From: a virus
IMG/VR virus record: IMGVR_UViG_3300005436_000501
Span: 32,001 to 96,000 of that record
Reading direction: 5' to 3' (one strand)
DNA length: 64,000 nt
Position numbers and translations under genes: made by a program. Below, one piece after another: positions 35,601-45,767 of the stretch (position 1 is the stretch's first letter; each line of letters opens with the position of its first letter). Below the pieces are notes generated by a model, which saw only the letters and a list, made by a program, of their open reading frames with translations, was not told where the DNA came from and searched no databases.

Positions 35601-38600
35601 TCAGTACGCAACGCGGCTGGTCGCCGCTATCTGGCTGGGCGCGGTGTCGCCCGGCGGCAGCGGATCGCACACCCCGTCGCCCGCCGCATGGTTCTGCGTC
35701 AGGTTCTGGTACAGCGTGATCACGCAGGTGGTGTAGCCCGGGTACGACGTCGCCACCGACAACACCTGCGGGCACACCTGGAACGCCGACGCCGACGCGG
35801 CCTGCTCGAGCTGCAACGCGTCCGCCTGCCACGTCCACGCCCCAGCCGGCGCAGTCGCGGTGAGCAGCAACCCGATCTGCGCCCACACCGTGTTTGCGGG
35901 AGCCGTCGCAGTCACCGTCATCCGCGTCCACGCCGCGGACGGCGCCCCGGTCAGGACCGTGGTGCCCGAGTTGGCCTGCGCGAGGCTCGTCCCGGTCGCG
36001 TCCGAGAATTTGAGGTAGATCTGCACGGTGGGGTTCGCGCCGGTGGTCGCGGACCGCACGTACTCGCTGGCGGTGTACACCAGTCCCGCGGTCACCGGGA
36101 CCTTGAGGACGTACATCAGGCCCTTGGTGGGTACGACGCCGCCCGCGACGCTGACCGCCCATACGTTGGCGCCCTGCTGCGCCGACCCGGACGCGGTTAC
36201 GGTGGGGGTGCCCACGTCCGACGACAGACCCCACGCCGCCCCTGACGTGCCCGCCGCGAGCGGGAGTGCGCCCTCGCCCGCGGTCGCGATGTTCGGGTGC
36301 AGCAGGTTGTAGCCCTCGAACTGGGGTGTTCCCGGGGAGAGCCACAGCAGGTCGCCGGTCGAGAGGTCGGACCCGAGCGCGTTGGTCTTCCCGTCCGCCG
36401 GCGCGTTCACCGTGATCGCGTTCGTACCCGAGGACGCCGCGGCGGCGAAGCTCGTGGACAGCGCGCCGAGCACCGACTGCGAGTCGTACGTGGTGGGGTC
36501 GGTGATCCCGGGCGGCAGCGGTTCGCATGCGACCGTGCCTATGGCGTGGGTGAACGCCAGGTTCGGGGTGACGTTCAGGGTGGCGCTGTTGTAGCCCGGG
36601 TTCGTCGCGGGCAGTGGCGGCACGACTGTCACAGTCTCCGCGCGCACCGTGCCCGGCTCGAGCGTCAGCTGCTGGTTCTGCGGCATCGACGCGGCGAGCG
36701 GGTTGACCGCGGAGTCGAGCAGCGCGTTGATCGAGATCGAGGACGCGCCCGCAGTGGCCTGCGCGTGCAAACTGGTGTGCATCGCCCCGAGCACCCAGTA
36801 CGACGCCAGGTTCGCGGGCGAGCACTGCAGGGTGACGAACACCTCGGGGCCCTCGGGATCCCACTCCCATTCGATCTTCTCGACGAAGCCGTTGAAACTG
36901 ATCTGTGGGGCGCCGTTCGGCCGCCGGTTGACCTGGATCCGCATCCCGAGCTCGAGTTGCAGGCACACCAGGAAAAGACCCGGCACAGCGCTGGGGTGCA
37001 GGCGCAGCGTGGACACCCGCATCTGCGCGGTCCTGTACTGCGACAGCAGATACGCGGCGGCGTCGGCAGCCTCGGCCGGGGACGTGGTATTGACGGTGCG
37101 CTGGTAGACGCGGGGCCAGTTGCGCAGCGCCGACGCCGTGTCGATCGCCGTGAACGTCGAACCCTGGTATTGGGTGACCTGGACGTTGTTCGCGATGTGC
37201 GACGGGTCGTCGTCGAACTCGACGACCTCGAACGGCCACTCACCGGTGGCGGTGTGCTCGCCGAACGTGAACACGGGGACGGTTTTGTTGTAGCGGGCGT
37301 TGCGCGCCTGGAACGTCAGGGCGCCGCCGCTGGAGACGAAGAAGTCGCCGTTTTCCGTCAGGGTGATGTTGTTGATGGCGTCGAGGGCGGTGGCCCCGGT
37401 CAAGTCGCTCGCGGGGCCCATCGACGCGGTCACGCCGGCGTCGATGGCGGTGGGCCCGGTCCACGGGATCCAGTTCAGGACCCGCTGTACGCGCGCCCCG
37501 GTGGACTCGCCGGAGGACGCGGAGCGCCAGGACGCGTAGAGGTTCGCGGCCTGCGCGGTGGTCAGTGCCGTCGGCAGTTCGATCGCGTGCGCGATGTCGC
37601 CCTCGTAGCCCTGCTGGAACCACTCGCCGCCGTACAGGATCGCCGCGCCGAGGGTGTCGGCGGTGATCCCGGTGGGGTAGCGGGCCACGGAGTTCGTCGC
37701 GACCTGCACGCCGTCGACGTAGTAGCGCATGAACGTGCCGCCGGTGCCCGCCGGGTCCACGGTCATGATGACCTGGTGCCAGTTGCCGTCGCAGATGGAT
37801 GAGGCGCCGTTGTAGAACAGCCCGAAGTTCGAGGAGTTGACGCAGTTGAGGGAGATCACCCCGGCGGGTGAGATCTGCATCCAGAACGAGGAGAGGTTCC
37901 CGGTGCTCCAGGTGGTCGGGTAGGCGGTCCACAGGCTCATGACGTTGCTGCCGCCGGGCACCGTGGAGGTGCGGAACGCCAGGATCCTGCTCCAGCCGCC
38001 GGACACGGGCGGCCCCGGGGTCGCGGTGGTCTTGTGCAGTGCGACGTACGTCTCGGCGAGCTGGACGTTCGAGCCCGACAGGACGTTGTTGACCGTCGCG
38101 ACCGGTCCGGCGGCCCCGGTGAACAGGCCCGACGGCGACAACGCGGCGGTGATCGAGGTGCCGAGGGTGAGCGAGCCGACACCGTAGGGGCTGTTCTCGA
38201 TCGGCGCCGCGCCCCGTTTGCCCGCCAGGTCCGCGACCGAGGAAACCCCGGCGGGGTCGCTGAGGGGGTAGTAGAAGTTCGGGCCGAGCGCGAGCACCTC
38301 GTTGACGTACGGGTCGCGCAGGGTGACCTGGGATAGGGCCGCGAACGCGTCCACGCCGACGACGTCGCACTGGCCGTAGGTGGCGTCCTGCTCCGACCAG
38401 GACTGCGGCCACCGCTCCACAAACGGGGTGATCACCGAGAACACGGCGCCGGTGTCCCGCCACGCCGACGCCGTCGCCGCGGCTTCGAACTGGCATCCGG
38501 TCAGGTACGCCACATTGGTCGCGGTGGTGCTGGCGGGGGTGGTGATCGCCAGGGACAGGCGTCCCCACAGCGCCCCGGCCGGCGCGGTCCCGGTCACGCT

Positions 38601-39827
38601 CGCGCGACCCCACGCCCCGGTGGCGAGGGTGAGGGGGGATCCTGCGCTGGTGCCGAGCGACACTGCGGTCGCGCCGTACCAGGTGATCGTGGGGGTGATC
38701 GCGAGGGTCGCGTCCGCGGAGGCGGCGCGCAGCGAGTAGACCGACGCCGTGTACTGCGTCGCGGCGACCACCTGAACGTTGTCGCCGACGGGCCCGGAGG
38801 ATGCGGCGCCGAACAGGAGTGGCGATGCGCTGGTCGTCGCGGCCGGGGTGGTCCACGCCAGGGCGTTGGTGTGCCCGGTCGGCGCCGCCAGTAGCGCCGT
38901 GGCGTAGGCGACGGACCCGGCGGTGGGGTACAGCCACCCGGTGGCGCTCTGTGCGTCGTAACCGCCGGAGGCGATGTTGCCGGGGAACAGGTTCGGCGGG
39001 ACGGCGAACGGGACCTGGAACGGGGTGGGGAAGTAGCTGTTCTCGAACTGCAGTCCGTCGAACTGCGCGGACGCGGTCGCGGTAGTCGTGGTGCCGAGCA
39101 CGGCGCGGATCGCGCAGTACTGGGTGCCGGGCGGCGCCGTCCCGGACGCGGACAGCGTCACCCAGCTTGTCGATCCGCCGGTGATGGCGACGCCGGCGCC
39201 GCTGGTGGTGGAGATGAGCGTCCCGGTGGCGCTGTACCAGTCGATCGCGACGCTCAGGGTGAGGTTCTGTACGGTCGCGAGCACCCGCGCCTGGGTTTGT
39301 GCGGCGTAGGCGGCGCCGGGCTGCGCGTCCACGACGGCGACGGCGAGCAGGTTTTGCGGCGCTGCTGCGCCGTTGGGTACGGACACCTGGTAGACCTGCG
39401 CGCCCTGGTATGCGGATCCGGAGGCGGCGAGGGTGAGCGGGTATCCGGCGCCACAGCTCACGTTCATCGACGCGGGCGGTGCGATCCCGGCGGGGTAGCC
39501 GGTACCTTCGCCTGCGGTGGACTGGTCGGGGGTGAGCCAGTTGGGGCCGGGCGTGCAGCGGATGCGCGCCTGGCGGTAGGGCACGACGTTGGGGGCGTAG
39601 GGCGACGCGGTGTTGCTGGGGTCTAGGGCGCCGTCGGGGTTGGCGAGGGTGGGGCGCCATTGCCCGGTTTCGTTGGCGTCCTGTTCGTATTGGCGTCCGC
39701 GTTCGCTGGACCAGGGGTATTGGGTGCGCCAGGACTGGTCGGTCCAGTAGGGGGGGATGGTGGTCTGGTTGGGGTCAGCGTTGAACGCGACCTGGTAGAA
39801 GATGGGTGGGATGGTGGGGACCGCCAA
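35601..39827 (-). CDS. Large minor tail/receptor-binding protein with CBM-like and LamG domains
   Basis: Follows the tape measure; YYPLSD, ICDGNWHQV..YVDG LamG signature; repeated W..V.ATAP..A CBM-like modules. Confidence 0.85.
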   Translation of the reverse strand: MAVPTIPPIFYQVAFNADPNQTTIPPYWTDQSWRTQYPWSSERGRQYEQDANETGQWRPTLANPDGALDPSNTASPYAPNVVPYRQARIRCTPGPNWLTPDQSTAGEGTGYPAGIAPPASMNVSCGAGYPLTLAASGSAYQGAQVYQVSVPNGAAAPQNLLAVAVVDAQPGAAYAAQTQARVLATVQNLTLSVAIDWYSATGTLISTTSGAGVAITGGSTSWVTLSASGTAPPGTQYCAIRAVLGTTTTATASAQFDGLQFENSYFPTPFQVPFAVPPNLFPGNIASGGYDAQSATGWLYPTAGSVAYATALLAAPTGHTNALAWTTPAATTSASPLLFGAASSGPVGDNVQVVAATQYTASVYSLRAASADATLAITPTITWYGATAVSLGTSAGSPLTLATGAWGRASVTGTAPAGALWGRLSLAITTPASTTATNVAYLTGCQFEAAATASAWRDTGAVFSVITPFVERWPQSWSEQDATYGQCDVVGVDAFAALSQVTLRDPYVNEVLALGPNFYYPLSDPAGVSSVADLAGKRGAAPIENSPYGVGSLTLGTSITAALSPSGLFTGAAGPVATVNNVLSGSNVQLAETYVALHKTTATPGPPVSGGWSRILAFRTSTVPGGSNVMSLWTAYPTTWSTGNLSSFWMQISPAGVISLNCVNSSNFGLFYNGASSICDGNWHQVIMTVDPAGTGGTFMRYYVDGVQVATNSVARYPTGITADTLGAAILYGGEWFQQGYEGDIAHAIELPTALTTAQAANLYASWRSASSGESTGARVQRVLNWIPWTGPTAIDAGVTASMGPASDLTGATALDAINNITLTENGDFFVSSGGALTFQARNARYNKTVPVFTFGEHTATGEWPFEVVEFDDDPSHIANNVQVTQYQGSTFTAIDTASALRNWPRVYQRTVNTTSPAEAADAAAYLLSQYRTAQMRVSTLRLHPSAVPGLFLVCLQLELGMRIQVNRRPNGAPQISFNGFVEKIEWEWDPEGPEVFVTLQCSPANLASYWVLGAMHTSLHAQATAGASSISINALLDSAVNPLAASMPQNQQLTLEPGTVRAETVTVVPPLPATNPGYNSATLNVTPNLAFTHAIGTVACEPLPPGITDPTTYDSQSVLGALSTSFAAAASSGTNAITVNAPADGKTNALGSDLSTGDLLWLSPGTPQFEGYNLLHPNIATAGEGALPLAAGTSGAAWGLSSDVGTPTVTASGSAQQGANVWAVSVAGGVVPTKGLMYVLKVPVTAGLVYTASEYVRSATTGANPTVQIYLKFSDATGTSLAQANSGTTVLTGAPSAAWTRMTVTATAPANTVWAQIGLLLTATAPAGAWTWQADALQLEQAASASAFQVCPQVLSVATSYPGYTTCVITLYQNLTQNHAAGDGVCDPLPPGDTAPSQIAATSRVAY

Positions 39828-39878
39828 CGCCGCACCGCCCCCCGTGTGCGCCGCGTGCGGGCCGGACGTTGCGGGGCG

Positions 39879-42776
39879 TCAGTTGCCGATGCCGGCGAGT
39901 GCGAGGTTGTTGCGGGAGTTGCGCTGCTGGTAGCGCAGCACCTCCGTGCGTACGACCTTCGCGATCCCGGCGTCGGAGTGCACGGCGCCCTGCACGTTGA
40001 CCACGACGATCACGCCGTTGCCCGCGGACGTGCCGCCGCCGACACCGGACCCGGCCAGGTTCAGCCCGGCCGTGGGCGACCCGAACCCGCGCAGTGCCGC
40101 GTTGCCGAGGCCCGCAGTCGCGGCCTGCGCGGCACCGTGCATGGACGCGATGCCGTTGACGAGGCCCTGGCCGATGTTCATGCCGAGTTCGTGGAAAACA
40201 GTCGAGGGAGAGTGCGCGCCGATCAGGGACTTGAATCCACCGACAATCTTGGAGCCCACGGACTTGACCGCGTCCCAGGCGGCGGACGCCATGCTCTCCA
40301 CGCCGTGGACCAGGCCCATGATGAGGTCCTTGCCCGCTTGAAACAGCCAGCTGCCCGCATCCTTGAAGAAGCTGACGATCGCACTCCACACGGCCTTGAT
40401 CGCGCCGACGATGCCGCTCACCGCGTCCTTGATCGCGCCGATGAAGCCGTCCCAGATGGCTTTGACCGCGCCGAGCACGGTGCTCTTGATGTCGCCGAGT
40501 ACGGAGGTGAAGATCCCCTTGATGTCGTTCCACACGGTCACGACAAGGTTCTTCACGTCGCCCCAGAGCTTGCCCCATTGGCCGGTGACCAGATCCGCGA
40601 AGATCTTCAGCACGCCCTTGATCAGGTCGAGGGCGGTGTTGACGACCCCGGTGATCACATCCCACGCGGCCTTGAAGATCCCTGCGACGACGTCCCACGC
40701 CGCCTTGATCACGCCGGTGATGATCGAGAGCGCGCCCTTCACGATCCCGGAGATGAAGTCCCATGCGGCCTTGACGATGCCCTTGATCAAGTCCCATGCC
40801 ATGTGGAAAACGCCTTGCACGACGTCCCATCCGGCACGCACGACGCCCTTGACGATGTCGAGGTAGCCGCGCACGAGACCAGAGATGAAGTCCCAGGCGG
40901 TCTTTACCAGGCCCACGATGTGGTCCCAGGACTGAGCGAAGAAGTCCTCGATCTGCGAGAGGTGGTCCGAGATCAGCGACACGAGCTTGCCGCCGGTCGC
41001 GTTCCAGATCGTGGCCAGGCTGCCCCAGATCGACGACAGGTCGCCGGAGATCTTGTCCCACTCGGCGGTGATCGGCCGGGTCAGCCTGTCCCAGGTGTCC
41101 TTGATCCAGGTGATGGCCTTGCCGCCGGTGCCGTCCCAGATCGCCTTCAGGCCCGCCCACTGAGTCTTGAAGAACCCGGAGATGTCGCCCCACACACGCT
41201 TGAACGCGCCCGACACGTCGTCCCACACGTGCTCAAGGAAGTGCGCGACGTCGGCGCTGATCCTCTTGATCTCGCCCCAGACCGTGCTCCAGTGCTTGAC
41301 AAGCTCGACGATCCCGATCGTGATCAGTGCTATCGCGGCGACGATGGCCGCCGCGATCCACACGATCGGGTTCGCGAGCAGCACCGCGTTCCACTCGATC
41401 GTCGCGATCGTGGCGGCGGTCAGCCCGACAACCAGGGCGCCGAGCGCGACACCGAGCCCGAGCAGCACGACCTTGTGTCGGCCGAGCCACGCCCCCGCGG
41501 TGGTGATCCAGCCGATGAACTTCTGCAGAACCGGGATCAGGACATTGCCGATCTTCACGCCCCACACGTCCAGGGCCGCGCCGATCTGCTTGATCTGCTG
41601 CCCGAACTGCGCCTGCTGCGCCTTCCACGCCTCCTGCGCCTGCGCCGCCCTCGACGCGGCCGTCCCGTACGCGTCCGTCTTGGTCTTGAACCGGTCCATC
41701 TCGCCGAGCAGCGTCATCATCGTGCCGCTCGACTTGCCGCCCCCGAACATCGCCGACAGCGCCGCGGACTGCTTGACCGCGGCAGAGCCGGACGTCTCCA
41801 GGTTCGTCTTGAACTGCGCGAGCAGTGTGGTCTGCTGGTCGAGCGGGACACCCATGTCGGTGAGCGACGCCGAGTAATTCTTGAGCTCGGCCTGCTGCTC
41901 GACGAGCGAGAGCTTCATGGCCTTACCGGCCGGATACGTCTTCTCGAGATGCGCCTTGAGGTCCTCGAGCGCCGCGGACAGCCCGCCGGGGCCGCGCATG
42001 TCCTGCGCCATCTGCCGGCTGCTCATGCCGATGGAGTTGTACGCGTCCTGCGCCTTCTGCGTGGGCGCGGACATCATCGAGAACGTCATGCCCAGGCGCG
42101 TCGCGGCCTCGTTCGCGGGAGTGACGTTGTCGGTCAGGGTCGCCAGCGCCGCGCCCACGTCCTCGAACGACAGTCCGGCGGCGGCGGCCTTGGGCAGGAT
42201 CCCGGTGCCGATCGCTTCGGCGAGCTGCTGCATCTTCATGTCGCCCATGCCGACCGTGGTGTTGAGCAGGTTCCCGGCGTCGGCGGCGTCCTTGACGCCC
42301 TTGATCTGGCTCGCCATCACGCCGACCACGGCCTGCGCGGTCGTTTCGAAGTCGGACTGGCCGATCTGTGAGAGCTTCGAGGAGGCGGTGAGGATGTCCA
42401 TGGCCTGAGCGCCGCGGAACCCGGCGGACTCGATGTGGTACAGGCCTTCGGCGAGGGTCTCGGGTCCGATGCCGACAGCGGGCGCCAGGGCGAGCACGGA
42501 GCCCTTGAGCTTGTCGACCTCCTGCTGGGAGGCGCCGGCCTGGGTATGGACCATCTCCATGGCCTGGTCGAAACCGGTGGCCATCTTTACCGACTCGTAG
42601 CCCACCCCGACGGCGGCGACGCCGATACCGAGCAGCGCGACCTTCCCGAACGCGCCCGCCTGCTCCATAGACGTCTTGGTGGCGTCCATCTCGCCGCGCG
42701 CCTCGCCCATCGCCGCCTTGAAGCCGGTGATGTTGCCGAGCAGATACGCCACAGTCGGAGGCAAGAATCCCGCCAT
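39879..42776 (-). CDS. Tape measure protein (TP901-like core)
   Basis: FDQAM..AEGLYHIESAG..; TM region; W/F-periodic amphipathic repeats. Confidence 0.95.
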   Translation of the reverse strand: MAGFLPPTVAYLLGNITGFKAAMGEARGEMDATKTSMEQAGAFGKVALLGIGVAAVGVGYESVKMATGFDQAMEMVHTQAGASQQEVDKLKGSVLALAPAVGIGPETLAEGLYHIESAGFRGAQAMDILTASSKLSQIGQSDFETTAQAVVGVMASQIKGVKDAADAGNLLNTTVGMGDMKMQQLAEAIGTGILPKAAAAGLSFEDVGAALATLTDNVTPANEAATRLGMTFSMMSAPTQKAQDAYNSIGMSSRQMAQDMRGPGGLSAALEDLKAHLEKTYPAGKAMKLSLVEQQAELKNYSASLTDMGVPLDQQTTLLAQFKTNLETSGSAAVKQSAALSAMFGGGKSSGTMMTLLGEMDRFKTKTDAYGTAASRAAQAQEAWKAQQAQFGQQIKQIGAALDVWGVKIGNVLIPVLQKFIGWITTAGAWLGRHKVVLLGLGVALGALVVGLTAATIATIEWNAVLLANPIVWIAAAIVAAIALITIGIVELVKHWSTVWGEIKRISADVAHFLEHVWDDVSGAFKRVWGDISGFFKTQWAGLKAIWDGTGGKAITWIKDTWDRLTRPITAEWDKISGDLSSIWGSLATIWNATGGKLVSLISDHLSQIEDFFAQSWDHIVGLVKTAWDFISGLVRGYLDIVKGVVRAGWDVVQGVFHMAWDLIKGIVKAAWDFISGIVKGALSIITGVIKAAWDVVAGIFKAAWDVITGVVNTALDLIKGVLKIFADLVTGQWGKLWGDVKNLVVTVWNDIKGIFTSVLGDIKSTVLGAVKAIWDGFIGAIKDAVSGIVGAIKAVWSAIVSFFKDAGSWLFQAGKDLIMGLVHGVESMASAAWDAVKSVGSKIVGGFKSLIGAHSPSTVFHELGMNIGQGLVNGIASMHGAAQAATAGLGNAALRGFGSPTAGLNLAGSGVGGGTSAGNGVIVVVNVQGAVHSDAGIAKVVRTEVLRYQQRNSRNNLALAGIGN

Positions 42777-42843
42777 TGCGAGGCACCCCCACCCCGCGTG
42801 GACTAGGCGTGCGGCGGCGGACTACGGCGCAGGGGGTGGCGTG

Positions 42844-43293
42844 CTACGCGTGGACGGCAGCGCGCCACGCCTTGGAGAACACGGCCGACAGGCGCCCCGA
42901 GTCGATCAGGTGTTGCAGCGCCGGCCCCAGGTACGGGCGGGCGGGCAGTGCCGTCGCGCCGCCCCGGCCGGTCACCCCGCCGAGTTCCTGGATACGCCCA
43001 TACACTGCCGTCGGACCGACCCCCGCGCGCCACGTGGCCGGCCCGACGCGCGCGGGCCCCTCTACTTTCACCGAGCGGCGTAGCGCGCCCGTCACCAGAT
43101 CCGGGGGCGCGCCCGGCGCGGAGCTCGTCGGCTCACCCTTGGCGTGCGACCCGATCGAGAGGTCCTCCTTCGTTTCCGCCTCGATCAGGTGCGCGCCCGC
43201 GGCCACGGCCTCGCGGGACGCCACGTCCGCCGCGACCACCATCGCCTCGATCGCGGCCGTGAACTCGGCCACGCCCAGGAGTTTGACGTCCAT
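42844..43293 (-). CDS. HK97 gp10-like tail completion protein
   Basis: TGALRRSV..VGPTAVYGRIQELGG..ARPYL.PA. Confidence 0.8.
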   Translation of the reverse strand: MDVKLLGVAEFTAAIEAMVVAADVASREAVAAGAHLIEAETKEDLSIGSHAKGEPTSSAPGAPPDLVTGALRRSVKVEGPARVGPATWRAGVGPTAVYGRIQELGGVTGRGGATALPARPYLGPALQHLIDSGRLSAVFSKAWRAAVHA

Positions 43294-43531
43294 CAGCGCC
43301 ACCGCCGATCCTCGCGCTCGTTGCGCACCTCGTCGAACACGGCGGCGACCGGGAGCATCCGGTGGTAGAGCTCCACCGGCAGGTCGTCTACTTCTTGCGG
43401 GGTCCAGCCCCAGCGCTCCGCGAACGCGACGTAGATTTGCGCGTCGTCCCACCCGGTCCAGATGTCCCTGTGCTCGGGGACAGTGCCGCCCTCGAGCCGG
43501 GCCCGGATCCGGCGGAGGGCACGGAAGGGGA
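43293..43531 (-). CDS. Tail assembly chaperone, frameshift extension (gpT-like)
   Basis: FAERWGWTPQEVDDLP motif in the -1 frame, without its own start codon. Confidence 0.65.
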
Positions 43532-43885
43532 CTCGGGATTGTCGTAGTCGTCGGGGGTGACCTTCTCGCCGCGTAGTTCCATCAGCCGCGTGGCGACCTG
43601 GGTGACGTATTCGTGGCCGAGCAGCGTCTCGTAGTCGTCGATGGTGAGCTCGTCGATCGAGTCGAACAGCTCGGAGGGCAGCGGCAGCAACTCCCCGTCG
43701 TCGCCGGTCACGTTCCAGTCCTGCACGAGGATCGCGATGACACCGTCGGTGATGTCGACGGCCATGCCGCCCTGGCGCTGGTCGCGGCTGGTGACGGCGC
43801 GCATGACGGCGCGTTGGTGCTTGGCCTTGAGCTTGTCGGGGGGCAGCAGGTCCGCCCACGCGCCCGACGGGAGGTCTATCTTCAT
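43388..43885 (-). CDS. Tail assembly chaperone (gpG-like)
   Basis: After the tail tube; LVQDWNV..LPLP..DYETL. Confidence 0.75.
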   Translation of the reverse strand: MKIDLPSGAWADLLPPDKLKAKHQRAVMRAVTSRDQRQGGMAVDITDGVIAILVQDWNVTGDDGELLPLPSELFDSIDELTIDDYETLLGHEYVTQVATRLMELRGEKVTPDDYDNPESPSVPSAGSGPGSRAALSPSTGTSGPGGTTRKSTSRSRSAGAGPRKK

Positions 43886-43900
43886 CCGGATCCTTAACCG

Positions 43901-44914
43901 TCACACATACGTCGAAGCGGCAATGGCGTTCTGGAGGCTGAGCGTCGCCGGCCCGTAGCCGCCGCTCGTGCCGATGTTCGTGGTGTTCAGCACGCACTCC
44001 CCAGTGGCGTCGAACATGATCGCCTCGGAGCCGAAGTTCGGCTTGGCCTCGGTGAACGCGGCCTGCTGCATGTCGACCTGCACCACCAGGGCGTTCGACA
44101 GGGTCAGGCCGTTGTTGAGGATGAACTGGATCTGCGGCTGGGTGTTGTTGCGCATGTACGTCAGCGGCGACTCGTCAGCGGCGACGAAACTCAGCTTCCA
44201 GTCCACGGTCAGGCCGCCGCGCTGGATGATGTACGGGTTCTGCGAGTTCTGCGCGGTGAAGTACGGCTTGAGTGCCCGCTTGAAGTTGAACTCGCCGCTC
44301 GCGCACGAGAGCACCGGTGCGCCCACGACCGTGCCGCCCACGCCGAGCTGCGACTGCCACGACGGCAGCGGCTTGGCCGTGGTGAACGTCGCCGTAGGGG
44401 TCGCCGCGGCGACATTGCTGATCCAGGACGCGGCCTTCGCCGTGTACGTGAGCAACTCGCTCTCGGCGTTGAACTTGAGCCCCACCTCGGACACGCACGT
44501 GCCGGAGAACTGCCGGGCCTGATGGGTGGGCTCCGCCATGTAGTACTGCGTCACCGTGTGCGTCGTCGGCTGGCCGCCGCCGGTGTTGAGCAGCGAGAAT
44601 TTGTGCGTGAACGGGGCGCTGGCACCGGTGGTGTCGTCGGCGCCGAACAGGTTGCCGATCAGGTATCCGAGTTCGTCGGCGAATACCGGCCCCTCGAAGT
44701 CCAACTCGCCGAGCTGGACGCCCTGGATGATGCCGAACGCGTCGTCGGCCATCACCCCGCGCAGGCCCTTGTCTTTCAACCAGGTGGGCTTGTCGTTCCA
44801 GTCGAATTTCGTGACCGGCATGAACGCCGCCGGCGCGACCGGGATGCCGGGCGTCACGTCCCGGGCGAAGCCGATGAACCGCTTGATGCTCGGGAACGTG
44901 CTGGGTGCGGGCAT
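43901..44914 (-). CDS. Major tail tube protein
   Basis: 337 aa, beta-rich, upstream of the chaperone and tape measure. Confidence 0.85.
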   Translation of the reverse strand: MPAPSTFPSIKRFIGFARDVTPGIPVAPAAFMPVTKFDWNDKPTWLKDKGLRGVMADDAFGIIQGVQLGELDFEGPVFADELGYLIGNLFGADDTTGASAPFTHKFSLLNTGGGQPTTHTVTQYYMAEPTHQARQFSGTCVSEVGLKFNAESELLTYTAKAASWISNVAAATPTATFTTAKPLPSWQSQLGVGGTVVGAPVLSCASGEFNFKRALKPYFTAQNSQNPYIIQRGGLTVDWKLSFVAADESPLTYMRNNTQPQIQFILNNGLTLSNALVVQVDMQQAAFTEAKPNFGSEAIMFDATGECVLNTTNIGTSGGYGPATLSLQNAIAASTYV

Positions 44915-44920
44915 GGCCGG

Positions 44921-45262
44921 TTACGCCTCCGTCGCGGTTTCGTCGGCCGCACCCGTGGGCGCCGGCTCGGGGGTGGCCTCGGCTTCGGCCCGCGCGGCGT
45001 CGGCGCCCTGCTGGGCGTCGAAGTCGGACTCGGTTGCCGGGGACAGGTCGCGGTGGGTCGGGGTGCGCTGCAGGTGCGCGATCCGGCCGGGCGCGAGCAC
45101 GGCCGTGGCGCCGTCGCCCAGGACCACCAGGTCGACCAGTCCGCTGTTGCGGAACCAGCCGCCCCGGTCCGGCTCGGCGGTGGCTGTCTGCTCGACCGGT
45201 GCGGGCGGCGGCGCGGTCTCCTCGGTTAGCGCCGGGGCGGGCGGGCGGGCGCGTGGAGGCAT
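44921..45262 (-). CDS. Hypothetical virion-operon protein
   Basis: RBS AAGGGGAG; acidic, Ala/Pro-rich. Confidence 0.6.
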   Translation of the reverse strand: MPPRARPPAPALTEETAPPPAPVEQTATAEPDRGGWFRNSGLVDLVVLGDGATAVLAPGRIAHLQRTPTHRDLSPATESDFDAQQGADAARAEAEATPEPAPTGAADETATEA

Positions 45263-45328
45263 GGCTCGGCTCCCCTTTCGGGTGCGGGTCGGAAAGGGGT
45301 GCGGGCGGGTCGGGGCGTGGCCGGGCGG

Positions 45329-45766
45329 TTACTTCCAGGCGTGGGTGTGCCGGCGCCCGGCCGCGTAGGGGGAGCGCATGCCGCGGATCCGTTTGCCCTT
45401 CTTGAAGCGCGAGGCCAGCCGGGTGTGGCCGCGCTTGAAATGGGACGGGCGGATGCGTTCACGCCTCGGGCGCGCGGCCCGGCCGCGGTGCGTGGACGCC
45501 GCACGCCGGGCGGAGTGCCGGTGACCGGCACGCCGCGCAGGCCGGTGCTTGACGTGCGAACCCTTGTGCGGGTGCTTCAGCCCCTTGCGGCGCTTCGGGT
45601 GTCGGCGCGGCGCCCCTTTATGCCCGTGATGCTTGGCGTGGCTGCCCTTGTGCGGGTGCTTGCGGCCCTTCTCGCGGGCGCTGAGCTTCTTGCGGGTCGC
45701 CGCGGACTCGGGGCGGCGCTTGCCCGGATGGCGTCGGGCGCTGTGGCGTCTCGCGCGCCCTGCCAT
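45329..45766 (-). CDS. Very basic His/Lys/Arg-rich protein
   Basis: ATG 1 nt after the upstream stop; AAG/CAC codon bias; KHPHKGSH x2, RHSARR x2. Confidence 0.7.
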   Translation of the reverse strand: MAGRARRHSARRHPGKRRPESAATRKKLSAREKGRKHPHKGSHAKHHGHKGAPRRHPKRRKGLKHPHKGSHVKHRPARRAGHRHSARRAASTHRGRAARPRRERIRPSHFKRGHTRLASRFKKGKRIRGMRSPYAAGRRHTHAWK

Positions 45767-45767
45767 G

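Noticed and set aside
40300-41300. Quasi-periodic repeats as a separate element
   Set aside because: Ordinary tape-measure amphipathic repeats
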